This document shows, one piece after another, positions 24,401-36,712 of a DNA stretch of 64,000 nucleotides (position 1 is its first letter; the number at the start of each line of letters is the position of its first letter). The notes below the pieces were generated by a model, which was not told where the DNA came from, did not search any database, and saw only the letters and a list, made by a program, of their open reading frames with translations. The DNA is from Octopus bimaculoides (lineage: Eukaryota), in the NCBI RefSeq assembly GCF_001194135.2, contig NC_068983.1, positions 147,654,971 through 147,718,970 on the forward strand. Direction: 5' to 3'. The position numbers were made by a program, and so were the translations under genes.

Positions 24401-25574
24401 GCTTATTTTTGTTAAACATTATTGAATCAGTATAAAGTACATTCAAGTACTTAAAAGGGTCTATAACCGTCTATTCCGCTGCAGGAATACGCAAGAAGAA
24501 GATGGAAACCTATGCCATACATACAAGCATGCACACATGTAAATATACAAACCCGCAGTCGCACATACACACAACGCGCACACGCATATATATATTGTTT
24601 ATGAATGAAAGAAATGGAATAGGAGCACCGAAAGCATCTTTCGTAACTTAAAAGTGCTACGTAATTATTCGGTGCTCTTTCTCATCAGGTACTTTGCTAC
24701 CTGTCAATTAGAGATCCTTTGCCGTAATGAATTCGTAATGAAACCGGAAAAAAGTTGTACTCTTCAACAGCCGAAAGGGTAGTGGAAATAGGAATTGATC
24801 AAGTTGTCAGTCAAGTGCCTCGTCTTCAAATAACTTCAACGAGTTAGAATGGGGTGTGGTCTTAAGAATGTCAGTTCCTTTTCTGTATAAATATATTTAT
24901 GGAGAGGCCTTAGATAGTTCTTAGATGATTTATATTTTTACTTTAGGCTTATGAAACTGAAAGAAAGGCGCCATACTGGAACAGTGAGAATCCAAGATGA
25001 GATGCTAATTACTTAAAGAAGACAATGCGCAGGAGATACGGGAAAGGGGCAAGATGAAACGATAGGAAAGTTAAAGATAAAAAATATCAGATATAGTGTC
25101 GTTTGTAAATTACTTATATCTACACACTCCCACATACAAACGTTCCTACATAAAATAAAGTCAGGTAGACATTTAAACACAAGTATATGGAGAATATACA
25201 TTCATGCTGTCTCTCGTGCATACACACTCATACTTGTTCACATGCGCAGCTCATGAGTGCATTACGCAGCATGTAGTCCAATGGTTGAAACTAGTAAAAG
25301 AACAATGAATTGTAGAAGTAAAGAGCCAGCGATGATATTAAGAAGACCTCTATATCATCGCTTTACATGTGCGAGCTTTACATGTTAGAAATACAAGGAA
25401 AAATGGGATTTTTGAGAGACTTCAGATCATAGTCTTTTAAAAAAGTCAAAGTCATATTAAATAACATAATCTTGTTAACTGGGTTCTTGTTTGTTTAAGG
25501 TATAAGGAAAACATATTCAACACATAAACTGGTGTTATCTATAATATTTTCTAATTTAGTTACAAAAAGAAGCA

Positions 25575-25745
25575 ATATCGATGGTTGAAGTCAATCGATT
25601 AAGTCGATCTCAGTAGTGAGCTGGTACTTAATTTTATCCATCCCGGAAGGATAAAAGTTAAAGTTTACGTTGATTGAATTTGATCTCAGGACATTAAAAG
25701 CCGGGTCACATATCGCATGGTATTTTGTCCGACGCTCTTATGCTA
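25575..25745 (-). mobile_element. SINE family C, diverged
   Basis: gtcaatcgattaagtcgatctcagtagtgagctggtacttaattttatccatcccggaaggataaaag...gaatttgatctcaggac is the reverse complement of the family C core. Confidence 0.65.
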
Positions 25746-26351
25746 CAGGTAGTCCATTACAAGAATTAAAAACTAAAACAAATTTTACGACGAAAACAAT
25801 CAACAGCATTTTTACAGCAAAGTAAACAGTCATCGAAAGTTAAGTTTCTTTTCCATCAACATATAAGCAGAACAGAATGAGAAACGATATTCAAAACAGC
25901 CATCAGAAGACCTTTCAAATCAGCAGCGTACGTCACTTATAAAAGTAACACGCGGGGAGCCAAACGGGAGAGAAGAAAAAGAAAGAAATAAAAAAAATAT
26001 TTTAGGTAGACCATACATAAATTAAAAATATTTCTAAGAGTAAGTAACTGAATGCATTTTGTATGTATGAATTAGTAATTTGTCAAGCAGATCAAGACAG
26101 CCCGAATTCTCCTTTCTGTGAGATAATTAAGATTTCGCTCTATAGTAGAATTAACATTTGAAAAGAAATGCTGATAACGTCGTGGTGTTGTCATGACTAC
26201 ATCCGATAAACACTCACCAGTTTTGACCTGCAGATCGACAATTGAGCAATACGTCTATTATTGTAAGAAATTGAAAAATCGAAATTATATGCGTACATAT
26301 ATTTACCCATGCACGCACGCTCGTGTGCGCACACACTCACACACTCACACA

Positions 26352-26420
<69 letters not shown>

Positions 26421-26973
26421 ATGTGTGCTCGCACATATGAAGATGCATGCGTGTGTGTGTGTGTGTGTGTGCGTGCGTGCGGGCGAGTGCTGAGTATGTG
26501 TGCGTATGTTCTATTTATGTATTTAGAAAGAAATAGGGAAAAGGAAAGAGAGGGAGTGAGAGAGAAGAGAGAGGGAGATACGACAAGTGAAAACACCAGA
26601 ATAAGAAACAAAACAAAATAAAAAAAATCCAGACTATTTTAACAGATGTTTCATTCAGCGAAATGGAAAATATATTAAAATAAAAATTACATTAATAAAA
26701 AAAAAAATCCCATCTTGATAAAATAGTTATTATCCACTTGAATTTGATAGATAGAACTGTATATTTAAAAGCTTACAGGTATTTCGTGAATGTACTAAAA
26801 ATTATTTTATAATTGAGATAAACTTGACGATTATACCTACCTCGTTAAATAGTTTATGATAGGTCTCACCTCTCCTGCTGCCTAGTTTCCGCTTTCTTGA
26901 ACCAAGTTAACCTGGGAAAGAAAAATGTAATTTTATTTGTAATATGGTAAGAAAATAAACCTCGATTAAAGAG

Positions 26974-27015
<42 letters not shown>

Positions 27016-27564
27016 NNNNNNNNNNNNNNNNNNNNNNNNNNNNNNNNNNNNNNNNNNNNNNNNNNNNNNNNNNNNNNNNNNNNNNNNNNNNNNNNNNNNN
27101 NNNNNNNNNNNNNNNNNNNNNNNNNNNNNNNNNNNNNNNNNNNNNNNNNNNNNNNNNNNNNNNNNNNNNNNNNNNNNNNNNNNNNNNNNNNNNNNNNNNN
27201 NNNNNNNNNNNNNNNNNNNNNNNNNNNNNNNNNNNNNNNNNNNNNNNNNNNNNNNNNNNNNNNNNNNNNNNNNNNNNNNNNNNNNNNNNNNNNNNNNNNN
27301 NNNNNNNNNNNNNNNNNNNNNNNNNNNNNNNNNNNNNNNNNNNNNNNNNNNNNNNNNNNNNNNNNNNNNNNNNNNNNNNNNNNNNNNNNNNNNNNNNNNN
27401 NNNNNNNNNNNNNNNNNNNNNNNNNNNNNNNNNNNNNNATATATATCACACAAAAACTCAGACACGCATACACCTGCACAAACAGACAAATACACACATG
27501 ATAACCAGAGTTATAAGTAATAATTTCTAATTTAGTTTCATAAACAGTAGTTTTTATAGTAGTG

Positions 27565-27700
27565 TTCAGTCGATTCAATCGACCTCAATACTGGACAAGT
27601 ACTTTATTTTATCCTCTCCTGACGGATGAAAGACAAAGCTGATTTGCTAGTATTGTAAAGAAGCAGAACACATTCCATTTCCATACTGAATTCTACCCGA
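27565..27700 (-). mobile_element. SINE family C fragment
   Basis: gtcgattcaatcgacctcaatactggacaagtactttattttatcc...ggatgaaagacaaag. Confidence 0.55.
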
Positions 27701-27789
27701 CGCCCTCATGATTCTGATAATACATAACAACAATAAAATGGAAATTTTATAATATCGTTATTCGGAGCAGTGACAGCGTAAAGTCTCTA

Positions 27790-28480
27790 TTTTAGTAGCG
27801 TACATAAATGATGGCTGCAACTCTCAGCCCAATCCTGGGTAAAATTGGTCAGTCTATTCGTCATCTCATCCCAGTTCTTATCCACTTGGAGGCCGGGAAC
27901 GAACCAGACTCCGAGCAGTTTAACTGGTCCGTCCTTCCAGCGTCCAACGTCGCCGTACGACACCATCGACTTGCCTCTTCAGGTGCTCAACCGCAAGCCC
28001 TGCCACTTGTCTTGTATTCCTTTAGGTGTCTGACACTGTGACGGAGGTATCTGACATCATGACGATGACGCCATCCGCGTACGCCATTTCCTTCTCGTGT
28101 CCCATTTCGAAAGGGATGCCTCTCAACAGTTCCAAAGCCCGCAGCAGTGGCTCGGGAGCCAGCACGTACAGCAGGCAGCCTCGACGGAAGGAGCGTGTCA
28201 TGCAAAACGGTTCCGATAGGTGACCGCTTACTTTGAGCACCGAGCAATCGCCGCTGTGCATTGCAGCGATCCAGTCTCTAAAAACAGATCCGAAACCGAC
28301 CGTTTCAGGACAGCTTCCAAGTAGCGATGGTCGATTCTGTCGAATGCTTCAGATTGATCCAAATTGATTAGAGTTCCATCGAAGCCAGATTTAGTCCCAG
28401 CTCTCTCTATTATGTATTGCATAATGTGGCGGTTGTCGTGGATAGACCTGTTCAGGATTGCATACGTTTGCACTTCCCCG
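27790..28480 (-). mobile_element. L1-Tx1 clade LINE reverse transcriptase fragment
   Basis: QTYAILNRSIHDNRHIMQYIIE, GTLINLDQSEAFDRIDHRYLEAVLK, SEPFCMTRSFRRGCLLYVLAPEPLL, AYADGV, LVWFGPDLQVDKNWDE; frameshifted. Confidence 0.88.
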
Positions 28481-28959
28481 TCCAGACTTATTCAATAAAA
28501 TATTTATCACTGTTTCTCATCGTAGTTTAACTCGCAGTTTATCCATCTGTATTGAATTCATTCTTTCCCAAAAACATTTGCTTCTCGACACAAGAAAACA
28601 TGTAACTATTCTCTAATTACTATCATATAATAATAAATCTGTAGTTTTGTTATGACAGAAATTCCCTTTCTACCACTCTTCTGATACTGAAATAACGCAT
28701 ACTATTTAACAATTTTTGTTTTTAAGATTAAATTTATATTAAACTGTCCTCACTGTTCTGCTTCTAATCAGTTCTTCAGTTTTGTTGTTTTATCTTGCAG
28801 ACTAAGTTGGTAAGAAGAGATGTTATTTGTCCTTTTACATACAACAAATGTTGAGATTTTCATAACTTATATATTGGCGATATTAGCATTTCAAAGTTCG
28901 TTTCGGCATTTTTTCATTTTCTGCCGACGGAAACTGCGTCTGCGCAGTGGATTATGGGA

Positions 28960-29660
28960 AAACCCACTTCTAGCGTGTAGAACCCCCTATACTGATAGGA
29001 ACTGTACCGTATGTAGATTTAGCCCACAAACAAACTGTAAAGCTAGGAATGTAGTTTATAGTATCAAATGTACAGAGGGACGGTGCAGTAACAAGACAAC
29101 GACGTACGTAGGAGAAACAGCACGGAGCATAGGAGAACGGGAAAATGTGTATTGAAGGGAACTTAGGGAAGAGAAGAGCTCATCGGTTCTGTACCAGCAC
29201 GCCGAGCAGGAACACGGGGGATCGCTCAACAACATAGAAGTTAAAATCTTGTCTACACAGAGAATAGACGCAACGCTTAGACAAATTACAGAAGGTACAC
29301 ACATAATAGAAGATAAACCTAGCCTGAATAGGAAACTAGAATGGAAGACTAGCACACACACCCAATATACTAAAACCTATGACAGAATAAGATCCCCATC
29401 AACTGATAATAATATGAATATAATACAATACACAGATAAATAAATGGAATTAAATAACTATATACATTTACAAAATAAATTAAATTAAATCAATTACAAA
29501 AAGAAAGGAAAGAAGAAACCAAAGACCACTGATGAGGTCACAGAAGTGTGACGAAAGAACTCTGGCCGAAATACGATTAATGTAAAATAAAGCTGAAGCA
29601 AGTGAACACCGATTATATAGTGCGTGTGATTTTAGTGGCTAAACTGGCAACGTGACCATC
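28960..29660 (+). mobile_element. Penelope-like element 3' fragment (GIY-YIG plus HHR tail), same family as 14400-15960
   Basis: CTVCRFSPQTNCKARNVVYSIKCTEGRCSNKTTTYVGETARSIGER...SSVLYQHAEQEHGG...DATLRQITEGTHIIEDKPSLNRKLEW; the tail ends tatatagtgcgtgtg like 15945-15955. Confidence 0.88.
29526..29565 (+). ncRNA. Minimal type I hammerhead ribozyme, core intact
   Basis: CCA CTGATGA G GTCACA GAAG TGTGAC GAAA GAA CTC TGG: stem I CCA/TGG, 6-bp stem II, 2-bp stem III, predicted cleavage 3' of C29562. Confidence 0.75.
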
Positions 29661-29731
29661 TCCAAATACAACAATATCTGTTTCAACACACAAATTCACA
29701 TCAAGTGTCTTGCAAAAGGAATATATAAACG

Positions 29732-29764
<33 letters not shown>

Positions 29765-30003
29765 NNNNNNNNNNNNNNNNNNNNNNNNNNNNNNNNNNNN
29801 NNNNNNNNNNNNNNNNNNNNNNNNNNNNNNNNNNNNNNNNNNNNNNNNNNNNNNNNNNNNNNNNNNNNNNNNNNNNNNNNNNNNNNNNNNNNNNNNNNNN
29901 NNNNNNNNNNNNNNNNNNNNNNNNNNNNNNNNNNNNNNNNNNNNNNNNNNNNNNNNNNNNNNNNNNNNNNNNNNNNNNNNNNNNNNNNNNNNNNNNNNNN
30001 NNN

Positions 30004-30047
<44 letters not shown>

Positions 30048-30059
30048 GCACGCACACAT

Positions 30060-30305
30060 GACGATGATGAGGAGGAAGCCTTATCAGTCATGGTAAGGAG
30101 GATGGTGTGGGTGATGATAATAATGATGCTGATCTGAATGTAAATGATAACAATAATGATATTGATGATGATGACGACGACGACGACGACAACTGCGATG
30201 CTGGAGGGGAGGTAGACGATAATGATGATGATAGTGATGACAAGAAAATAAGGACGATATTGAATTGTGATCGAATATTCTGATTAAAAGATGACAAAAG
30301 ATGAC
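30060..30305. repeat. Degenerate (GAT/GAC/AAT)n low-complexity tract
   Basis: Mixed triplet runs; a similar tract lies at 31060-31270. Confidence 0.85.
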
Positions 30306-30662
30306 AAAAGTTGATAAAATCACTAAACTGAAATAAAGCTTAAAAAGAAAGAAATGAAAAAAAAAAACTGAGTATCACCGATGGGAAGACAAGCATTCGG
30401 AAAGGAAAAAAAAATAATGATAATAATAAGATACAAAACTAGATAACTACAGAAATACAATAAGACTAATTCAACAGTATATGGTGATCTCAAGTCAAAG
30501 AGTAACGCTGCGTAATAAACACGAAGACTCATTAAGTATAGGAAAACGTCGTTGATGCAGCGATTCTAACGCTTCTGCAAATATTTACTCAGCCATTAGC
30601 TCATACGTAAATGTATGTGTCTGCGAGTATATGTATGCATGTATACATGTATGTATGAAAGC

Positions 30663-30710
<48 letters not shown>

Positions 30711-31399
30711 NNNNNNNNNNNNNNNNNNNNNNNNNNNNNNNNNNNNNNNNNNNNNNNNNNNNNNNNNNNNNNNNNNNNNNNNNNNNNNNNNNNNNNNNNN
30801 NNNNNNNNNNNNNNNNNNNNNNNNNNNNNNNNNNNNNNNNNNNNNNNNNNNNNNNNNNNNNNNNNNNNNNNNNNNNNNNNNNNNNNNNNNNNNNNNNNNN
30901 NNNNNNNNNNNNNNNNNNNNNNNNNNNNNNNNNNNNNNNNNNNNNNNNNNNNNNNNNNATATAAATACATACATATATGTATACATGTGTATATATGTCT
31001 ATATTTTGTGCATTATCTTTTGTGTAGTTTAGGTGGTGAGAAAGGTTGAAGAGACATTAATGATGATATAGTAACGATGATAATGAGAGTAATAGTATCG
31101 AAAATGATTCTGGCGGCGGTGGTGGATTCTGTGACGACGACTACGACGACGACGACGATGATGATGATGATGATGATGTTGATGATGATGCTGACGACGA
31201 CGACGATGACGACGAATACGATGACACTGAACCTGGTGATGTAGAAACCATTTGATGCTGATAGTGTTGTCGTTAAGGATGAAGAGAGAAAAAGTGCGAT
31301 ATGAAGACGACAGTGGCGGTGTTACACACTGTGATGTGGTTAATAGATAAGGTGCAAGACGCACGAATACAACAATACGGTGTTCATATGCACAGACGC

Positions 31400-31750
31400 A
31401 TGCGTGGCTGTGTGGTAAGAAGTATTTTCTACTATAGCCCAGGCTTCTGTTACAGTGACAGGTTTCTCGGTGGATTTAGTCGACGGAAACTGAAAGAAGC
31501 CTATTGTATATAATATGTACGTGTGTGTATGTGTGTGTTGTGCGTGGGTGTGGGTGTTTATGCTTGTCCTTCACCACTACTTGACAACCAAACTTGATTT
31601 GTTTACGTCCCCATAACATAGGAGTTCGGCAAAAGATAGCGTTAGAGTAAGTACCAAGCTTAAAAACAAGAGAGTGATGGAGGCGATTTCTTTGGCCTCC
31701 ACTTCAAGGTAGTATCCCAGAGCGACTACAATTTAATGACTGAAACAATT
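31400..31750 (+). mobile_element. SINE family A, old diverged copy
   Basis: gtggtaagaag...ctactatagccc...gtcgacggaaactgaaagaagcc, microsatellite, ttgacaacc...gtttacgtcccataac...gttcggcaaaag...atgactgaaacaa. Confidence 0.75.
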
Positions 31751-32244
31751 AAAAAAAGTTAATACCCACATGCATATATAGTTCTCAAAACAGCAAGAAA
31801 AGTATTTTAATCTCCAGTCTATCGGAGCGTCCCGTAAAATATCATAATGACAGATTTGGAGCTAATTTACAGTAAATACATTTGGGATTAATGATCTTAA
31901 GCTACATCTCTTTGTTTAACTACTGATGGAAGGAACCGTTTATACATACAATATACATACATATGTAGATAGATAGATGTTTGACTGAGCGTACAGCTAT
32001 GTTTTTAAAAACTGCGCGGCAGACTAAATTATATACACAAGTAATGTTCACTAACATCGGTAGGCGAAGAAACAGAAAATCTAATTGAAAATTAAAGCCT
32101 AAAGAGCAAACATCATTGTGAAGTGTTGAAGTACCGTGAATTTCAAAGAACCGCACTTGAGTTTTGAAAGCAGACCATCAAAAGTATCCCACTTAGCAAA
32201 TTCAATATTAAAATACAGATAGTGACTATCAATTTAATATTGGT

Positions 32245-32410
32245 TTCAAATTATGGTACAAGGTCGGCAATTTTAGGGGATGGGGTGAAGTCGATCACAT
32301 CGAACCCAGTGCTCAACCGCAAAAGGATGAAAGGCAAAGTCAACCTCCGTGGAATTTGTACTCAGAACTTAAAGATGGATGAAATCTGCTTAAATTTCGC
32401 CAGCTCGCAG
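32245..32410 (-). mobile_element. SINE family C, internally deleted
   Basis: aaggatgaaaggcaaagtcaacctccgtggaatttgtactcagaac. Confidence 0.7.
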
Positions 32411-32954
32411 CCATTATCAATTTGATAATATTAATAAATGCTTCTCAGCATAACGAGGTAATATTTTCATGCAAAGTTTATCAGCATGCTTGATAAAATT
32501 AATGCAATGCCAAATTAGATTAAGTTTAGAATTCTTTTTTAATGCAAAAGAAAATAATATATCAATTTATACAGAGAAAATGAAAATGAAAATGAAAACT
32601 AAATGTATATATACATGCAATGCCTTCATTAGTAGTTAAACGAAGAAAAAGTTTTACATATTACAGAGATATTTATTAATATTATTATTTTGATAATTTT
32701 TTTCAATATTTTCATTTTAATTGTATTTGCAGATGGTCGATCACTCTTGAATGCAAGTTTCTATAATCAAAAGGAAGCAAATTTCTTTATTCTCCTTTCA
32801 ATTATGTTACACATATACTGAAACCCACTCAATAATAATCTCCAGTAATTGTTGCTAGACCATTAACTTTGTACTTTAATGTAACTAGCTTGTGTCAGTC
32901 GTAATAATTTGTTTATATTCTAATTTAAAAGAGAGTGAATGTTCATGATTATTA

Positions 32955-33182
32955 AATAATCCTTTCTACTATAGGTTCAAGGCTTGAATATTTTTCTTTT
33001 TTGGTTGAGGATATTAATCAATTACCTTGGCCCCAATGCTTGTCTGATACTTAATTCATCGACTCCGAAAGGATGAAAATCTAAGTCGACCTCGGTGAAA
33101 TATGAACTCAGAACGTAAAGACGGACGAAATATCGCCTAGCATTTTGTCTGATGTGCTACGATTTTGGTAGCTCACCGCCCT
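32955..33182 (-). mobile_element. SINE family C, full length, diverged
   Basis: From aataatcctttctactatagg (tail) to gtagctcaccgccc (head); core gaaaggatgaaaatctaagtcgacctcggtgaaatatgaactcagaacgtaaagacggacgaaat. Confidence 0.8.
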
Positions 33183-33189
33183 TGAATCA

Positions 33190-35107
33190 CACTGGAAAAC
33201 GATTTTGAACATAATTTCTGTTGAGTTTACCTTTTCACTTGATTTTTACTAAAATTGGCATGTTGATTTCAAAACTACAGTCAGTTTTCTTCTACCACGT
33301 CAAGTTCTTTTTTTTTTCTACAGCTTATTCTCTGAATAAGCATAATTGTATTGTTTGTCCGTAAGAAATGCAGCTGGTCAGATGCTTTATTATTTTAATG
33401 ATAATATTGGAGAATATTTTTCGAAAAATGTTTAGGTGCTTTGCTTTTTATAATTTGTCCTACCTAATTTTGATGGTGCTGGGTTCAGAAATTCCCCCAG
33501 AAAGTTTTTATCATAATTTTTTTTTTTTTTTTTTTNNNNNNNNNNTTTTTTTTTTTTTTTTGTTAAATAGGAATTCCTTTTTTACCAACAATGTCAATTT
33601 TGGGGCTAAATGTAGTACTGAAAAAAAAAAAAAACTAACACCAATCGAATAGTAATTTTTATTGTTTAATACATATGATATATTACACAAAATGTTTAAT
33701 TACACATGAAGTTTCTCATTGTTGCTTTGCGTGAATAACTTGCACCTTAACAGTCTCTTTGCAGAAATCAGTAGTAGTCAGCCTTCATATTTGTGTTCCA
33801 CCTGTCTTGAAACCTGGTCTCGATGTTTTGGTGGAATCTTTCTCTTTGCTCATCCCTTATTACCCTATGATTTTCAGGAAAGTAGTCCAAATGATGGATC
33901 AGGAAATGCACTTTTACATTCATGTTGCACCCCACTGAGTAGCAGGGTTTGCTCAAGTGCTTCATAATTTGATGACTTCCTGTTTCCCTGAAAATAAGCC
34001 ATAACTGCAGCAAAAGCATTCAGTGCTTCTTTTTCAACGCCAGGCATGGTCTCCAAAAACTGCTCGTCTGGCAGTAGCCACCTCATCTGTGGCCCGTCAA
34101 AAACATCAGCCTTAATTTTCTCACAAGACAAAGCTGGAAACTTTCTGCCCAGGTATTCAAAACAGTCACTGTCTCAGTGTTTCAACACATGTTTTACACA
34201 CTATATGAAGTGCCCAGGTTTGGTCTTGATCACCCAGAGTCTTGCCAAATTAAGTAAGGTGAGCTTTCTTCACAAAATCCGTGATTTTGTCTCGTTGCCT
34301 AGTTAAGTGTGTTTCCACAAATAAAACAGAAGACATCAGGGCAATTTTTACAATGTCTTCTCTTACAATTGGCCCTATTTCTGAAATATAAAACATGTAT
34401 TCAAGCCAGTTGTCACTTGGGGGAAACATTTTCAGAGTTGTCAAGTTATAAAATAAGCAAATGTAGATTTGTTATGGCAATGTTCCATAAACAGTATATA
34501 TATCATGAAGTTATTTTTACAGCTCTTTGACCATACTTGACCAAAAGCGACCATGATGCATGTGATTCACAAGGGAAATATTAAGAGCGTATTCAAAATA
34601 TCAATTTCACAAGGATTAGTTAAAGGTTCAACAAAACATGTCTCATCTGGTTTGCAATGATAGTCAAACTAAATCAAGCACAGCATAGGTAGAATATATC
34701 TGCTGACAATCCGCAAATATGAGGCATGTATGACGTCAAGAACCACAGAAATGAGCTGTTTATTAGCATTTAACTATAGAAAGGGCATTTCTGCTATCAT
34801 CATGACATTGAAAACTACTCAGATTGAAAATAGTGGAAGTTGCTCAACTTTACTGTTTTATTTTATTTACTGAAGATACTTAAACCATGACTTTTGTTTT
34901 TATTATTGCTGTTGCATCTACTTTAAATTCTATTGAAAAGCTATGTTTTCAAGCTACATCAGACCCCATACATGGGTCTGCATTTAATGAAGCTAAATGG
35001 TCACAATACTGGAAATGATGAAAAATGGATATTTGAGTTTGTGATAGAGCAAAATGTATTTCAGTTTTGAAATCAACACCAGACAACAAAAAGTATGTTC
35101 GCCAGTA
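33190..35107 (-). mobile_element. Internally deleted Chapaev3-like (CMC superfamily) DNA transposon
   Basis: Termini CACTGG (33190) / CCAGTA (35102-35107) with shared subterminal tgttgatttcaaaact; flanks TCA / TTA (TWA-like TSD). Peptides ITDFVKKAH..LGDQDQTWALHIVCKTCVETLRQ, KIKADVFDGPQMR and KVHFLIHHLDYFPENHRVIRDEQRERFHQNIE..RFQDRWNTNMKADY. Family name from recalled motifs. Confidence 0.7.
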
Positions 35108-35921
35108 TTATTAAATGATAATAAAACTGGACTGTTCAGTTTTCCTCCTTAGCTGTAGTGTCGTATCGTGGGCTTAATTTCACACCGAAATCAGTTGCCC
35201 GTGCCATTTACTTATTTATTCATAACTCGCGTTGTATGGGTACTTTAGTAGTTATTGTTAAGCAATCATACCTCACTGTTATGTAAACACGCAGAAACTA
35301 CAGTTTCTGGAGTTTTCTGTTAATCATTCTATGATATCGACACATTTGATTCTCAATTTGTGTAATTTTTTTCTGATACATAATACGTCTAATTTTCCTT
35401 TATACCCGTTATTCGTCCAACAGTATTCATTCATTCAGCAAATATTTCATTATTTTATTGCGGTCTTAATCTCTTTAAAACGAACTCAAAATTAGTTTGT
35501 CATCTACGTGGTCGTTTAGTATGCTAGAAATAGCAGGGATCAGGTGCTTGTATTCTAAGGCCTATCGTATACCGGACAGTTGTAACAACAAATTAAACTG
35601 ATATTTTTTCAAATCATATCGTTGTCATAAACCAGTTCAAAGAGGGTTTTTATGCAAACTTTATTTCTGCTCGCCGTCTAATCCATCAATCACTGCCGTT
35701 CAACGATTAAAACGCTTTGTTTTATATTAAGTAAAGACTGTATCCATCTATCAACGTCATTCGACACTATGCCGCATTCTCGTACTCAATACAAAATAAG
35801 ATATCTATATTTCTATCTATTATTTACAATTGTAGAAAAGAATTAATGATAGGATAATATAATTCATAACAGTCGGCGTAACCATTTCAAATTACTTCCA
35901 CTGAGCTTACCTCCCGGTTGC

Positions 35922-36299
35922 TGGAGGCGCAATGGTCCAGTGGTTAGGGTAGCGGACTTGCGGTCATAGGATCGCGGCTTTGATTCCCAGACCGGGTGTT
36001 TGGAGTGTTTATTGAGCGAAAACACCTAAAGCTCCACGAGGCTCCGGCAGCGGATGGTGGCGAACGCTGCTGTACTTTTTCACAACTTTCTCTCACTCAT
36101 TCTTCCTGTTTCTGTTGTGCCTGTAATTCAAAGGGTCAGCCTTGTCACACTGTGTCACGCTGAATATCCCCGAGAACTACGTTAAGGGTACACGTGTCTG
36201 TGGAGTGCTCAACCACTTGCACGTTAATTTCACGAGCAGGCTGTTCCGTTGATCGGATCAACTGGAACCCTCGACGTCGTAAGCGACGGAGTGCCAACA
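35922..36299 (+). mobile_element. SINE family B, full length
   Basis: Complete head to gtgccaaca tail; ctcccggt lies on both flanks (probable TSD core). Confidence 0.95.
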
Positions 36300-36493
36300 C
36301 TCTCCCGGTAACTTGAAATTACGTTCAGATTACCAGGAAGTGGAATGAAGTCGATTTCAAATTACCCCAGCTGTATTTTGAAACAGACTCAGTTTATCCT
36401 TTATGATTTTAGATTACTCCCTTAAGTCCTTTTCCAACTGTTCGTCGTCTTGGTGTTAAATAGAAGAATAATTATTATAATACGTTAGGAAAA

Positions 36494-36712
36494 GCGGCGA
36501 GCAGACAGAATCGTTAGCACACCGGGAAAAATGCTTAGCGGAATTTCGTCCGTCTTTACATTCTGAGTTCAAGTTCCGCCGAGGTCGACTTTGCTTTTCA
36601 TTTTTTTCGGGGTCGATGAAATAAGTATCATTCATGCACTGTGGTCGATGTAATAGACTAGCCCCCTCCCACAAAATTTCAGGTCTGGTGCCTATAGTAC
36701 AAAGGATAATCA
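36494..36712 (+). mobile_element. SINE family C, full length
   Basis: gcggcgagcagacagaatcgttagcacaccggg (A box)...gagttcaagttcc (B box)...gaggtcgactttgcttttcat...ggggtcgat; tail cccacaaaatttcaggtctggtgcctatagtacaaaggataat. Confidence 0.9.

Noticed and set aside
15440-29160. In-frame TGA codons in the Naiad-like PLE endonucleases as possible selenocysteine recoding
   Set aside because: The TGAs fall at Arg (CGA) and Trp (TGG) positions when the two copies are compared; the Cys positions are TGT/TGC. Ordinary decay.
32715-32820. Acceptor-like ttgtatttgcag followed by DGRSLLNASFYNQKEANFFIL
   Set aside because: No clear donor or branch site and no recognisable homology; compatible with chance in AT-rich DNA.
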